Source: a virus (Duplodnaviria > Caudoviricetes). From it: a DNA stretch of 64,000 bases. Positions 18,715 through 29,075 of the stretch are shown here, one piece after another. A program made the position numbers and the translations under genes. The notes under the pieces were generated by a model, which was not told where the DNA came from, ran no database searches, and saw only the letters and a program-made list of their open reading frames with translations. Each line of letters begins with the position of its first letter. Position 1 is the first letter of the stretch. The stretch is from the IMG/VR virus record IMGVR_UViG_3300028025_003146, positions 1 through 64,000 of that record; one strand, given 5' to 3'.

Positions 18715-20954
18715 TATTCCCACGTAGCCTTTCTTTGAGACCAGTCCGCTAACCCAGTGAGGGCAGAGGCTGCATGATATGCTGGGGTTGTTCCAAATGC
18801 TCCTCTTGTCTTTACTCGGTATAAACCTGTCGGTCTAAAAAATGTTTCTTTTGTTATGTAATCATAACCTGGTCTTGATAAATATCTATACTTATTTACA
18901 TCTGATGATGAAGTAATCCAAACATTTTGCGACGTAGTTGAGCCAATTGGGGTGTACTGATACTGTATTGCATCGTATTCAATTATTTCTGAATCAATCA
19001 TAACATATCCTGTAAAATTATACAACGTTGCGCTGCTATAGTCGTCTAGGGTTTCTACATCAACTGCAAGTATTGTATTTTCTGGAGATGTGTCTGCTGC
19101 TATGCTTGACCTTAATCCACCAGCACTTAGGTAGGATACTTCATCTGTCCACAGATCTCCTGAGTTTCCAGCGTAGTTCGATGTAAGCTGACTTTGCCAT
19201 AAGATTTTAACTTGGTTTGCAGAAGGAATTTCTTGTTTATTAAAATCAATTATATTAGCAAGAGTTGTTCCATCTGTTTCGTAAGTAAATTCCCAGTCGA
19301 TGCCTGCCTTTTTATAAATATAATCACGACTTGCAAACTGCAAAATATTATTTTCATCAAAGAAAGCATTCATTTGTATATCACGGCACAGCTCTTGAAG
19401 GGCTTGCCAAACTGTTTTAGACCCTGTTGTCCACCAATAATTAATAACTGGGATAGACTTATCATCTGTTTCAGTTCTAATCTCGTAGCTTGTAAACCCT
19501 ATAGAGTCTAGGAGCCTTCTGATAATACTAGTTACTGGATATGACTCACATAAAATATCTGGAGCTACAGTATCCATTAAATATTTGGCAGCATCTAGTG
19601 CGTTTAAAGAAACCTCTCCAGTATCTCCTATTGTCCAGGAATCTATATAAAATGATCCTTGTGGCACCTTGTCATATAAATCTCCTGCTGAACCATAATT
19701 TCCAGCGGAATGATATACTGAAAAGTAAGGTTTTAATTCTGCATTCTTGACCATATAAGTTTTTGTTATATCAAAACTTGCTTCTCTATTGTAAGAAATG
19801 TATTCAAGTGCAGATTGGTTATATTTAACAATGTCTATGCTTAGGCTGTTTGCAGTGATCTTTCCGACAGGCAGTATGTCTTCTGAGCTTGAAGAAGACT
19901 CTTTTTCAATATCAAGAGAAACTATGTCTGCAGATATATCCTTTATCCATCTTGCTGATAGCTCAATAACCCCTAATACTTTTCCGCCGTTTGGGTTTGT
20001 TGCTTGAAGACGAATAGATTTAATTAGTTTAGGTGTAGCATAAACGGAAGGCTCTGTTGAAGTCCAGGCAGTTCCATTATAATATAGCACAATCTGACCA
20101 GACAGGTCTACTGGTGATGGCCCCACTGTTGCTGTTGTTGAATCTGAATATGTAATTGTTATTGTATAGTTGCTTGGAAACGCATGAGTTTTTTCAAATC
20201 TTGCAACTATCTTATTTGATACAGCAGGCTTTGTTGCTGTAGACAATGTTGCTGTTGCTGTTTGCCCCCTTGCCCAGGCCCCTGTAGCAGATGAAGCAAT
20301 AGTAAAAGATGTCGGGCTTGGTGTAGAAGCAATTACGCTTGAAGATAAATTAAAAGCTGCTGTTGAAAGACCAGTGATCGTGACTGTTTGTCCTGAAGAA
20401 AATCCATGATTGTTTAACGTTGTGTATGTTACAACAGAACCTGAAGAAGAAGCTTCTTTAATTGTTGCAGAAGTAATAGAGTAGTTAACGCTTATATCTG
20501 CATTTTGGTTTATTGGTGTTACCCAATACTTGTATGCAGTTGTTACTCCAGGGTAGTACAGTCTTGGGTATAGCGTAGTAGCGGCAGACTCGTATCCGTC
20601 TGTCTGTGGAGATGTTGTTCGTGGATAGGTTAATGTTCTTGGAGCATAAAAACTATTTGCAGGAGTGTCTGTTTGGGAGTTGGTCCAAATAAGATACTTG
20701 ACTCCAGAAAATAAAGGCCTAAACGGTTTGATGATTGAATCAACTGGGAAAAGCTTTTTGTAAGTATTGACTTTACCGTTCTCTGACTTTGCATAATATT
20801 GATCCATTGTAGATGGGTATGTTACAGTAATATTATCAAGCATAGAGTTCATGTTGTACTCTATTGTGCAGCCTATGTTTATTTTAACAGATGATTTCTG
20901 CTTAAATAGATTTTGAACAGTAGCATTATTTGATGAGGGTACTGTGGTAATCAT
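18714..20954 (-). CDS. Minor tail protein (tail tip / hub)
   Basis: TVWQALQELC...FFDENNILQF hub motif; follows distal-tail-like gene; start by TAATG coupling. Confidence 0.78.
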   Translation of the reverse strand: MITTVPSSNNATVQNLFKQKSSVKINIGCTIEYNMNSMLDNITVTYPSTMDQYYAKSENGKVNTYKKLFPVDSIIKPFRPLFSGVKYLIWTNSQTDTPANSFYAPRTLTYPRTTSPQTDGYESAATTLYPRLYYPGVTTAYKYWVTPINQNADISVNYSITSATIKEASSSGSVVTYTTLNNHGFSSGQTVTITGLSTAAFNLSSSVIASTPSPTSFTIASSATGAWARGQTATATLSTATKPAVSNKIVARFEKTHAFPSNYTITITYSDSTTATVGPSPVDLSGQIVLYYNGTAWTSTEPSVYATPKLIKSIRLQATNPNGGKVLGVIELSARWIKDISADIVSLDIEKESSSSSEDILPVGKITANSLSIDIVKYNQSALEYISYNREASFDITKTYMVKNAELKPYFSVYHSAGNYGSAGDLYDKVPQGSFYIDSWTIGDTGEVSLNALDAAKYLMDTVAPDILCESYPVTSIIRRLLDSIGFTSYEIRTETDDKSIPVINYWWTTGSKTVWQALQELCRDIQMNAFFDENNILQFASRDYIYKKAGIDWEFTYETDGTTLANIIDFNKQEIPSANQVKILWQSQLTSNYAGNSGDLWTDEVSYLSAGGLRSSIAADTSPENTILAVDVETLDDYSSATLYNFTGYVMIDSEIIEYDAIQYQYTPIGSTTSQNVWITSSSDVNKYRYLSRPGYDYITKETFFRPTGLYRVKTRGAFGTTPAYHAASALTGLADWSQRKATWE

Positions 20955-21436
20955 TATACTTGTTCCATTGCAATAGATACATTCCAAAATTCTTGAGCTG
21001 GATCGCTTGAAGAATCCTTAACATTTCTTTTTACTACCTCAAAACTGCAAGACGTAAAAGAAACCAATACGACTTCTTCCCTATCTGCAAATGGTGTTGT
21101 TTGATTCTTACCATATACTATCTTAAGTTTAAAAACACCTTGGCCTTTAGTGCCCTCAAAATATGATTTTAAATCTATTGCTCCGTATCCTGCATCTACA
21201 GTCATATTTGAAAAGGATGGGAGCATACTCCATGACGTGCTAAACTCTCTTTTATCTGCAATAAAAAACTTTCTGAGGGTTCCGTTGCTCATTCTTATTA
21301 CTTTTTGAATGCGGTTTTGATTAATAGACATTGGCTGTCTATTATGCTCTGAAAGCTTTACCCAAGTAGGGGTGTCTGTGGCAGACGTATCAACATATAG
21401 AAGTGAGCCTACTGGTAAATATACTGTGCTTGCCAT
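20954..21436 (-). CDS. Distal tail protein-like
   Basis: Immediately after tape measure; RMSNGTLRK...WSMLPS. Confidence 0.65.
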   Translation of the reverse strand: MASTVYLPVGSLLYVDTSATDTPTWVKLSEHNRQPMSINQNRIQKVIRMSNGTLRKFFIADKREFSTSWSMLPSFSNMTVDAGYGAIDLKSYFEGTKGQGVFKLKIVYGKNQTTPFADREEVVLVSFTSCSFEVVKRNVKDSSSDPAQEFWNVSIAMEQV

Positions 21437-24400
21437 TAATATGATCCCCCGATAACAATATTTTCTCCAACTTTTGCGCCTTCGGCTTTAGCAATCTGCT
21501 TAAATTCTTTCCAAAGTTCTCTACCACTCTTAGGAGATTCTCCAAAATTAAGTGTAGCATTAATAGTAACATTAGAGCTACTTGAACTTGTGGTACCACT
21601 CTTGAATCCACCTGTTGTAGAGTATGAAGGAACATCGTATTGTGGCATTGTTGCAACATTAGGATAAATTGTTCCTGAGAAATTAGGTTTCATCAATATA
21701 CCTTCTTGCTGTGCACCCAGGGAATTAATTCTATCATTTACCCTTAACAGATCTCCAGCAGCAAATGGTCCGCCTCCCCATTTCTGTCTAATAATATCAG
21801 TTGCAGAGTTTACCTTATATGTTTTCCCGTTGTATTTAAAGAATTGTCCTGGCTGTAAATTATACTCTCTAACAATTTGCTCTTTAGCCCATTGCTCAAG
21901 ACCGCCCTTATTGGTATTTCCTCCAAGTGACACGCCAGTCTTAGTTGTTGTTTTTGTAACTTCAAATGCAGTATCTTTAGTCTTAGAGCCAGCTGGTCCT
22001 ATTCCCATATATGCATTATAAAGATCTGCAAGAGTTTTTCCTCCTGTGATGGCCTTAGCATTTGCAAGTGCAGCTGCTGAATCTTGTTTTAATGCTGCAT
22101 CTGCTGCACCAGCTTTGTAGGTAGCCGATCCCTTTGGATGAGTCGCAGTCATAACTCTACCTGCAAGAGACTCTCCCTTTTCATTAATTAATGTTCCAGT
22201 AAATATTTTCTTTAGCTCTGCTGCTAAAACCTTATCAGATCCTTTTGAGTCTGCAGCAATTTGTTTTGCAAGATCTCCTAAAGGTCCTCTTACTAGCTCT
22301 TGTTGATCCTTTAATGCTTGTTTGTTTGACGGATCCTTTTCTAGAATTACATCTATTCTAGCTTGTTCTTTTACTAGTCTCTGGTATTCGTTTTGATACT
22401 GATCAACCTTATTCATTCTTTCGCCTGCTGAAGTAGCATTGTTTTGAGCATTAGTTAAATTTTTTGCAGTCTTATCTGACTGAGCTTGCAGTTTTTCTCT
22501 TTGAGCAATTAATTCTTTTTCACGCTTAGCTCTATTTTCTTCAATTGCATCAATAGCCTTTTGGTTTTCTCTTTCCCCAACAAGCTGCTTAATCTTTAGT
22601 TGTGCCTGTGCTGCTCCAGCCATATCTCCTGCAGCCATTTTGTCTGCGTATTCCAATTGAGCTTTTTGAATTTCAAGAGATAGGTTTTCTTTATCCTGAG
22701 CAGCCTCAAGTGCTTTCTTTCGGGCATCAGCCTCTTCATTAATCTTATCAATTTTTTTGTCAATAAGTTTAATTTCTTCTTTAATCTGATCTTGAGTTTT
22801 TTGTGCATTAGCCGCCGCTTTGGCTCCACCAGATGCAATTAATTTTTGCAAAGCAACAATAGACTTTTGTGATTTAGCTGCAATTCCGCTTCCTGAAGAC
22901 TTTGCTTCCGAAGCGGCTAAGGCAGAATCTAATGCTGCCTCAAATGCTACTAGTGCTTGGGCTTGCTCGGATGTTATATTCTTTAAATCAGTTCTGACTC
23001 CAGAAAGAAGTAGTCGCCATTTAGAATACATTCCTGCAACATTGTCTGACTGATTAAGTATTTCAGCAAGTGCTGGGTGTGTTTCTTTAAGAGAATTAAT
23101 CTGCGCCTGAGTTAGTGTTAGCTTAGATCCTTCTTTTTCATTAATGCTAGCTAGGATTTCTGACATAGCTTCTTGCTGTGTCATCAATTCTCCGTTTTCT
23201 TTTTTAGTTTTCATTAATGTTTGTAAATTATCATCAAGAGCATCTGTAGTATTTGAAATAACTACACCTAAATCTTTTCCATATAGTACGTCTGTATCGT
23301 ATCCTGCAGAAGCTGGGTCATACATATTTTTATTTAAAGTTTTAACCATAGCAATTGCCGCTGATGCAGAATCTGTAATTTCTCTAAAGCCCTTGCTTGA
23401 TATTGCGTTAAATGCCATATCGGCTTTATCTGATGCAGATATAATTGCATAGATTTTATTTGTTGCCTCTTGGGCAGAAATACCTGCTGCTATAAATTGT
23501 GCCTTTAAGTTAGTAGCAATTTCAGTAACTTTTGCCTGCTTGTTAGCATCTCCAGATACGTCTATGTCTGTAAAGGTTCCAACTAGTTCTTTTTGGTTTT
23601 CTTTTGCATTCTTTATTCCTGCTCTTAACTCTTTAATGCTTAGAGTTAGACCTTGAACTCCCGCTGAGTTAAGGGCTTCATATGCATTTCTTCCCTTTGC
23701 TCTAGTTAGCTCAAGTTGATCATTAACCGCTTTAATAGAATTAGAAAGATTGTTGTATTTGATTCCCGCTTCAGCTGCAGACTTTTCAGTAATTCCAACT
23801 GAGTTAGTTTTTTCAACTCTATCCTGCTCTCGTTCTTTTTGGAACTTCTTAAATATTGCATATCCCGCAGTAAGTGCTGTAAGAAGTAAGCCAATAGGTC
23901 CTAGTGCAAATCTCATTGCCATTCCAATTGCTTTACCAGCAATTCCTGCTGCGCCGCCAACACCTTTAAATCCTCCAGCAAGCTTACCTAAAGATCCTAG
24001 CATATTAGGAGCAAGCATTGGAAGTACTGATGCAAACTGCATAAGTTGTCCTGCTTGTCCGCCAATTGCTTGTCCCGCCATACCCATTCCCATGCCAATA
24101 CCCATACCAGCCATTGGTCCAGAGCTCATCATTCCAGCTCCGATATTACCCTTTGCTCTTTCTTGCCTATAAGCAGATCCGAATGTTATTGGCTGAACTG
24201 GCTTTTTAGTTCCTTTGTTAAAGTACTGAATTCCCTTTACCTGTCCGCCTCTATTAAAGTATTGAACTCCTGGAACCATTCCGCCCTTGTTCATTCCAAA
24301 CATTTGTTTTCTTACTTTAGTAGTTGCAGGTGTCCATGACTTTGAATCCCAGTTTGCAAACTTGGTTCTCAATATCTCTCTATCTATTTTACTTAAACTT

Positions 24401-27400
24401 TTTCCTCCTGTGCTAAGGACATCCCCAGCGGCAGATTTAAGAAGTGTATCTACAATATCTGGCTCTAAGGCTTTTTGAAGACTTCCCTGAGCATCCTTTA
24501 CGTATCCGTATGGTCTTTCTTTTTCAAGATTTTCAATCATCTTGCCATACATTAAGTTTTGTGCTTTAGGTGTTAGGCCAGAGCTTCCAAATAATCTTTT
24601 ACCCATACCAATAGATAAGGAAGTGGCACCCCACTTATCTCCTATTTTTCCAAACTTAGCTCCTACATTTTTAAAAGCTGTTCCCTTTAATACATTTCCG
24701 ATAACTCCACCAGCATTATATCCTGGTATCATTCCTCCAGAATTTCTTTTAAGTATTTTGAGAGCATGACTAATACCACTTGATGTGGTTAGTAATGTTC
24801 CTAGATTTGTTCCTCTTGCCCATAATGGCATTGAAGATCCAATTGTTCTATTTTGAGAAACCCAAGATAGTCTTCCGCCTCGTCTAGTAACAATTTGCCC
24901 TCTTTCTTTGCTTCCAGTTTTTGTACCAGGAATAAGACCACGGGATATTGCTTCATCTCTAGTAATATTTGGAGATGATCTTTCAGTAAATATTTGAGAT
25001 GCTGCAGAAAATAAATTTCTTCTTCCGCCAGCTCTTGCCCCGTCAATTTTAATTCCACGAAGTGCTGGCCTGTAGATTTCTTTTGCAAGCCTTTCAAATC
25101 CGAATGGGTCTGACCTGCCACCAATCATTCTATTTGAATTTTCTGGACTTTCTAAAGAAGCAATTAGTTTTTCTAAAGCTGCTTTAGTTCTTCTTGATGA
25201 CTGACTTCTATCTCCACCCAAAGTAACAGTTGCTTCATTCATCAAGTCATTTGGATCATATCCAGCTTGTAAAGTTTCTTTGATTCCAGAAGAAATTTGA
25301 CTTCCCGTTAAACCATTACCATTAGAATTAACTCCTAGATTTAGCCATGCGGGTAATAGTAAAGCTAGACCACTTAAATCATCTGTTATATGAGTTCTTT
25401 GAAGTCTTAAAGCTTTTCCACCTTTATTAAAATTAGGGCCACCGACTCCCTTTCCACCATTTATTGCTTGAAGCAATGGCAGATTTGCTGCTGTTGCTTC
25501 TTTGTTTACAACAAATTCTCCTGGAGTAAGCATTGCAGGAACTGTATCCGTATTACCTGTTCCTGGTACAATATTTCCTGCATTTAATCTTTTTGGAATA
25601 GTTGTTTCTGTGCTGTATCCAGCGCCAAATGTTTTTACACCTAGACCTTGTGCAATTTTATTAAGAAGGCTTCTAGTTCTTCCTGGGCGAAGAAGCTCTT
25701 TCATATTAGACTTTCCAGCCGCATTTACAACTGGCTGATTCAGCAGAGGAACTGTTGTTAGCCCAATTGTTCTTCCTTGTTGGCCCGCAATATCTACAGA
25801 AGCCTGTGCAATCATAGATTCTACCTGAGCATTTAATTGAATAATCTTAGCTCTTGCTTGATCTACTGTTAGCTTGCCAGCCTGTAGCTGTGCAACAATT
25901 GCTGCTGATTGTTTTGCAGCATTTGCAGTAAGCTCTGTCATTGTAGGAAGTAATGCCTGATATGAATCAGATAAAGATGATGTTATTAAGCCTGTAGACG
26001 CAACTTCTTTTTTAAGCAAAGCAATTTCTTCTTGTGATTGCATTGCAAGTGCACCTGTCATTGCATGCCACTTGGCTGCTTCTGCTGCAACAATACCTGT
26101 TGATGCTCCGCCTATTGATGTTAAGCCTGGAATCTTTGGAAGATCGCCATCCATATACATCTGAGGATTATTTCCAATCTTTTGATTTACTTTTGGTGCC
26201 CCAGGTACTACTCCGAAAATTGTTTGTGTTGATTTTTGATCTATCGTCATTCCAGCAACTGGATTAAGATGAGACATTGATCTTGTATCTTCTGGGCTAA
26301 TTAGTGGGTGATTTGGATCAACAACTCTTGCCCCGCTGCCCTTAACAACGTTACCCGCCAAGGTTGAAATTGTTGGTGCTGCAGATACTGCACCCGTCAT
26401 AGCTTTAGATTGAAGTAATTCAAATTCTGTTACGAGGCCTGCAATTGCAGTTTTTAATACTGTGGCTGCTTGAGCATCACTATAGAATGTAGCCTCAACA
26501 AGTGATCCTGCTTTTTGTGCTGCCAAAATCTCTGGCGTAAGCATCTTCCATCCTTCTCCACCTTTAAACAAGGCCCTGAAGTGTGACGCTCCTTTAATTA
26601 TATATCCAAAGAAGTTAGCAAGTACACCTGTTAACATAATTACTGGTCCGATGATTGCAGTAAATCCTGTAACAAATGTTAACAAAGATTTAATTGGGTC
26701 TGGCAATTTATTTATAAATTTAATAATTCCATCTACAACATTAATAAAGAATGTTTGAATCTTTAGGAACTCGTCACCAACTCCTGCAAGATCTGCTTTT
26801 AAGCCTTCTACCGCTCTCTTGTACTTTCCAGAAGCAGACTCTGTTACCATTGATAACTCTCGACCTGCTACCTGTGACAATTCTTGAGAACTTGCTTTCA
26901 TTAAATCCATTACCTGAAGAGTCTGACTTCCTTGCTTGCCTAGGTTTGCAAACAAAGCATTAAGTCTAGAGAACTGGAACTTACCAAACAACTGTTCAAT
27001 TGCTTGTTGCTTTTGTAGTGGATCTAGATTATCTAGTGCTGCTTGAAGAGCAAAAAGTGTTCCTGTTAAATCTCCAGCATTCTTTGCTACAATTCCACCT
27101 AGGTCAATTCCCATTTCAGAAAACTTTTCTTTTGCTACCTTTGTAGGATTAATTAAAGATGCTAGTGCTGATTTGAGAGCGTTAGCTCCTTCTGAAGCAT
27201 TAATTCCGCCTTCCTTCATTGCAGTTAAATACAATGCTAAGTCCTGTACGCTTCCGCCCAAACCTTGGATAACTGGACCAGCTTTTGGAATTGCTTCTAC
27301 TAAGTCATTAAGAGTTGTTGATGTTTGGTTTTCAACTGAGTTGAGAAAGTTAATAGAATCAGAAAGTTGATCTGTATTTTGCTTGAATGTAGTTTGAATT

Positions 27401-28296
27401 GCCAGGGTGGCCTTCATTGCTTCTTGTCTATCTACTTCTCCAAGCACAGCAAGTCTACTTGTTTCTTTAACAGAATTAAGAAGCTCATCGCCCTGCTTAC
27501 CAGTTGCTGCAATATCTGCAGCAAGAGTAATTGTATCTTTAAATGAAACTCCGTATGCCTTTGAAATCTCTTTAGCTGTTTGGGTAACTTCTCTTCTTAC
27601 TTTTTCAAGATCTGCTGCGGATGTTGCTGCTACTCCGCCGTATACTTTTGTAAGTCTGACTAACTCTGCATCTGCCATTCTAAATGCATCTGCTGCAGCT
27701 TTACCAAATGCCGCAAGAGGTACTGTAAGTCCTACTGTTAACTGACGACCTGCCCACTGAGTATTTTTACCCCAGTTAATAAGTTGAACTCCACCATCTT
27801 GAACAACCTTGTTCATAATCTGTAGTTCTTGTCTTGCTAAAGCGGTTTTGTTTTTTACAGCATCAAGACCCTGTGGAATATGTACGCTGTATTGCATAAG
27901 CCCCTGAGCATTTTTACCCATTGGCTGAATGATTGCATTTTGTAATGCTACTTGCTGCTTAGCAAGATCTCTGATTAAACCGCCTTGCGTCCTTGTGTGC
28001 TCACTAAATGTCTGAAAATACTGCTTCAGTTTCATTTGGCCCCTGTCTAGGTTGGTGCCAAACTTTTCAACATCCGATGTTAAGGTAACAAAGTGTGTTG
28101 CAAACTGACCAGTTCTTCTTAGGTTTTCACCAAAGGATCTGTTCATCGTCGCTACTTGGCTTGCAAGTCTTGCGTCCGATTGAATTATTTGTGCTTGAAG
28201 TTTTGAAAGAGAGGCTGCAACCTTATTGACATCTGCAATAAGACCTGAGAAATCTGCATTAGCAACTATATTAGTTACAATATTTTCATCAGCCAT
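21436..28296 (-). CDS. Tail tape measure protein (TP901-family domain)
   Basis: 2286 aa Ala/Gly-rich helical; GINASEGANALKS; DTVPAMLTPGEFVVNK; follows tail chaperones. Confidence 0.95.
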   Translation of the reverse strand: MADENIVTNIVANADFSGLIADVNKVAASLSKLQAQIIQSDARLASQVATMNRSFGENLRRTGQFATHFVTLTSDVEKFGTNLDRGQMKLKQYFQTFSEHTRTQGGLIRDLAKQQVALQNAIIQPMGKNAQGLMQYSVHIPQGLDAVKNKTALARQELQIMNKVVQDGGVQLINWGKNTQWAGRQLTVGLTVPLAAFGKAAADAFRMADAELVRLTKVYGGVAATSAADLEKVRREVTQTAKEISKAYGVSFKDTITLAADIAATGKQGDELLNSVKETSRLAVLGEVDRQEAMKATLAIQTTFKQNTDQLSDSINFLNSVENQTSTTLNDLVEAIPKAGPVIQGLGGSVQDLALYLTAMKEGGINASEGANALKSALASLINPTKVAKEKFSEMGIDLGGIVAKNAGDLTGTLFALQAALDNLDPLQKQQAIEQLFGKFQFSRLNALFANLGKQGSQTLQVMDLMKASSQELSQVAGRELSMVTESASGKYKRAVEGLKADLAGVGDEFLKIQTFFINVVDGIIKFINKLPDPIKSLLTFVTGFTAIIGPVIMLTGVLANFFGYIIKGASHFRALFKGGEGWKMLTPEILAAQKAGSLVEATFYSDAQAATVLKTAIAGLVTEFELLQSKAMTGAVSAAPTISTLAGNVVKGSGARVVDPNHPLISPEDTRSMSHLNPVAGMTIDQKSTQTIFGVVPGAPKVNQKIGNNPQMYMDGDLPKIPGLTSIGGASTGIVAAEAAKWHAMTGALAMQSQEEIALLKKEVASTGLITSSLSDSYQALLPTMTELTANAAKQSAAIVAQLQAGKLTVDQARAKIIQLNAQVESMIAQASVDIAGQQGRTIGLTTVPLLNQPVVNAAGKSNMKELLRPGRTRSLLNKIAQGLGVKTFGAGYSTETTIPKRLNAGNIVPGTGNTDTVPAMLTPGEFVVNKEATAANLPLLQAINGGKGVGGPNFNKGGKALRLQRTHITDDLSGLALLLPAWLNLGVNSNGNGLTGSQISSGIKETLQAGYDPNDLMNEATVTLGGDRSQSSRRTKAALEKLIASLESPENSNRMIGGRSDPFGFERLAKEIYRPALRGIKIDGARAGGRRNLFSAASQIFTERSSPNITRDEAISRGLIPGTKTGSKERGQIVTRRGGRLSWVSQNRTIGSSMPLWARGTNLGTLLTTSSGISHALKILKRNSGGMIPGYNAGGVIGNVLKGTAFKNVGAKFGKIGDKWGATSLSIGMGKRLFGSSGLTPKAQNLMYGKMIENLEKERPYGYVKDAQGSLQKALEPDIVDTLLKSAAGDVLSTGGKSLSKIDREILRTKFANWDSKSWTPATTKVRKQMFGMNKGGMVPGVQYFNRGGQVKGIQYFNKGTKKPVQPITFGSAYRQERAKGNIGAGMMSSGPMAGMGIGMGMGMAGQAIGGQAGQLMQFASVLPMLAPNMLGSLGKLAGGFKGVGGAAGIAGKAIGMAMRFALGPIGLLLTALTAGYAIFKKFQKEREQDRVEKTNSVGITEKSAAEAGIKYNNLSNSIKAVNDQLELTRAKGRNAYEALNSAGVQGLTLSIKELRAGIKNAKENQKELVGTFTDIDVSGDANKQAKVTEIATNLKAQFIAAGISAQEATNKIYAIISASDKADMAFNAISSKGFREITDSASAAIAMVKTLNKNMYDPASAGYDTDVLYGKDLGVVISNTTDALDDNLQTLMKTKKENGELMTQQEAMSEILASINEKEGSKLTLTQAQINSLKETHPALAEILNQSDNVAGMYSKWRLLLSGVRTDLKNITSEQAQALVAFEAALDSALAASEAKSSGSGIAAKSQKSIVALQKLIASGGAKAAANAQKTQDQIKEEIKLIDKKIDKINEEADARKKALEAAQDKENLSLEIQKAQLEYADKMAAGDMAGAAQAQLKIKQLVGERENQKAIDAIEENRAKREKELIAQREKLQAQSDKTAKNLTNAQNNATSAGERMNKVDQYQNEYQRLVKEQARIDVILEKDPSNKQALKDQQELVRGPLGDLAKQIAADSKGSDKVLAAELKKIFTGTLINEKGESLAGRVMTATHPKGSATYKAGAADAALKQDSAAALANAKAITGGKTLADLYNAYMGIGPAGSKTKDTAFEVTKTTTKTGVSLGGNTNKGGLEQWAKEQIVREYNLQPGQFFKYNGKTYKVNSATDIIRQKWGGGPFAAGDLLRVNDRINSLGAQQEGILMKPNFSGTIYPNVATMPQYDVPSYSTTGGFKSGTTSSSSSNVTINATLNFGESPKSGRELWKEFKQIAKAEGAKVGENIVIGGSY

Positions 28297-28307
28297 TTAT
28301 CTTTACA

Positions 28308-28685
28308 TTACTCCTTTGTGTAGCCTAGACCTGCTCCAATTCCAAACCCTGCTTGTGCTGCTAAGCTTCCTTGTAGGGAAACTATATCATCACCTGAAGC
28401 TTCTATACCTAGGGCTTTTCTTTTAACATCGTCAAAAGTTTTTGCCTGTGGTTCGGAGTCTTCCTCATCTACATCTAAATCTATTCCCTTAAGACTTGCC
28501 GTAAACTTTCTGTCTTCCGACTTTTGTTTCTTAAAAGATTTCAATGTTTGAATAAGTTCTGGCATTGAAAGACTTTCTTCTAGTTCTTCGTAATTCTTCC
28601 AGTGTCCCAGAAGAAATACTTCACCCTCTAAAGCGGCTAAATCTAGTTCTGACCAGCCAGAACCGCTGCCGCTAGAAGGTTTGGG
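28308..28685 (-). CDS. Tail assembly chaperone GT extension reached by -1 frameshift
   Basis: -1 frame open from CCCAAAC heptamer: KPSSGSGSGWSELDLAALEGEVFLLGHWKNYEELEESLSMPELIQ... Confidence 0.8.
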   Translation of the reverse strand, partial: PKPSSGSGSGWSELDLAALEGEVFLLGHWKNYEELEESLSMPELIQTLKSFKKQKSEDRKFTASLKGIDLDVDEEDSEPQAKTFDDVKRKALGIEASGDDIVSLQGSLAAQAGFGIGAGLGYTKE

Positions 28686-28975
28686 TCGTCCATCTTAATC
28701 CCACCGCATACCTCAAGTATACGATTGATTGTGGGGACGTCAAGTGCATCTTCTAGTGCATCTCTATCTGCTACCAAATCTGGTAGTTGTTTTTCAAGTG
28801 CTACTGCAACCGCATCAATTAACACATTAAGTGTTTGATCTTCTGTAGTTGAATCGCTTGCTGCCTGTAATACGAGCATAAATTTTCTTAGCTCTTTAAT
28901 GCTTAATGGCTTCAACTTAACTGTTGAGCCATTCTGAAGCGTTAGTTCTTCTACGCTATATACTGTTGTTGCCAA
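28643..28975 (-). CDS. Tail assembly chaperone G
   Basis: Between major tail and tape measure genes; TTG start with AGGAGG SD. Confidence 0.85.
   Translation of the reverse strand: MATTVYSVEELTLQNGSTVKLKPLSIKELRKFMLVLQAASDSTTEDQTLNVLIDAVAVALEKQLPDLVADRDALEDALDVPTINRILEVCGGIKMDDPNLLAAAVLAGQN
28679..28685 (-). other. Programmed -1 frameshift slippery site C-CCA-AAC
   Basis: X-XXY-YYZ heptamer in the G frame followed by a nested stem-loop. Confidence 0.75.
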
Positions 28976-29035
28976 TTTAATCCTCCTAGGATCTAGTCTT
29001 AATTATTATAACATATACAGATTATCAGCACAAAT

Positions 29036-29063
29036 GAAAAAGCCCCCAAAAAGGGGGCTTTTC
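29036..29063 (-). terminator. Intrinsic terminator after major tail gene
   Basis: AGCCCCC-TTTTT-GGGGGCT-TTTT. Confidence 0.88.
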
Positions 29064-29075
29064 CTATTTAATTAT

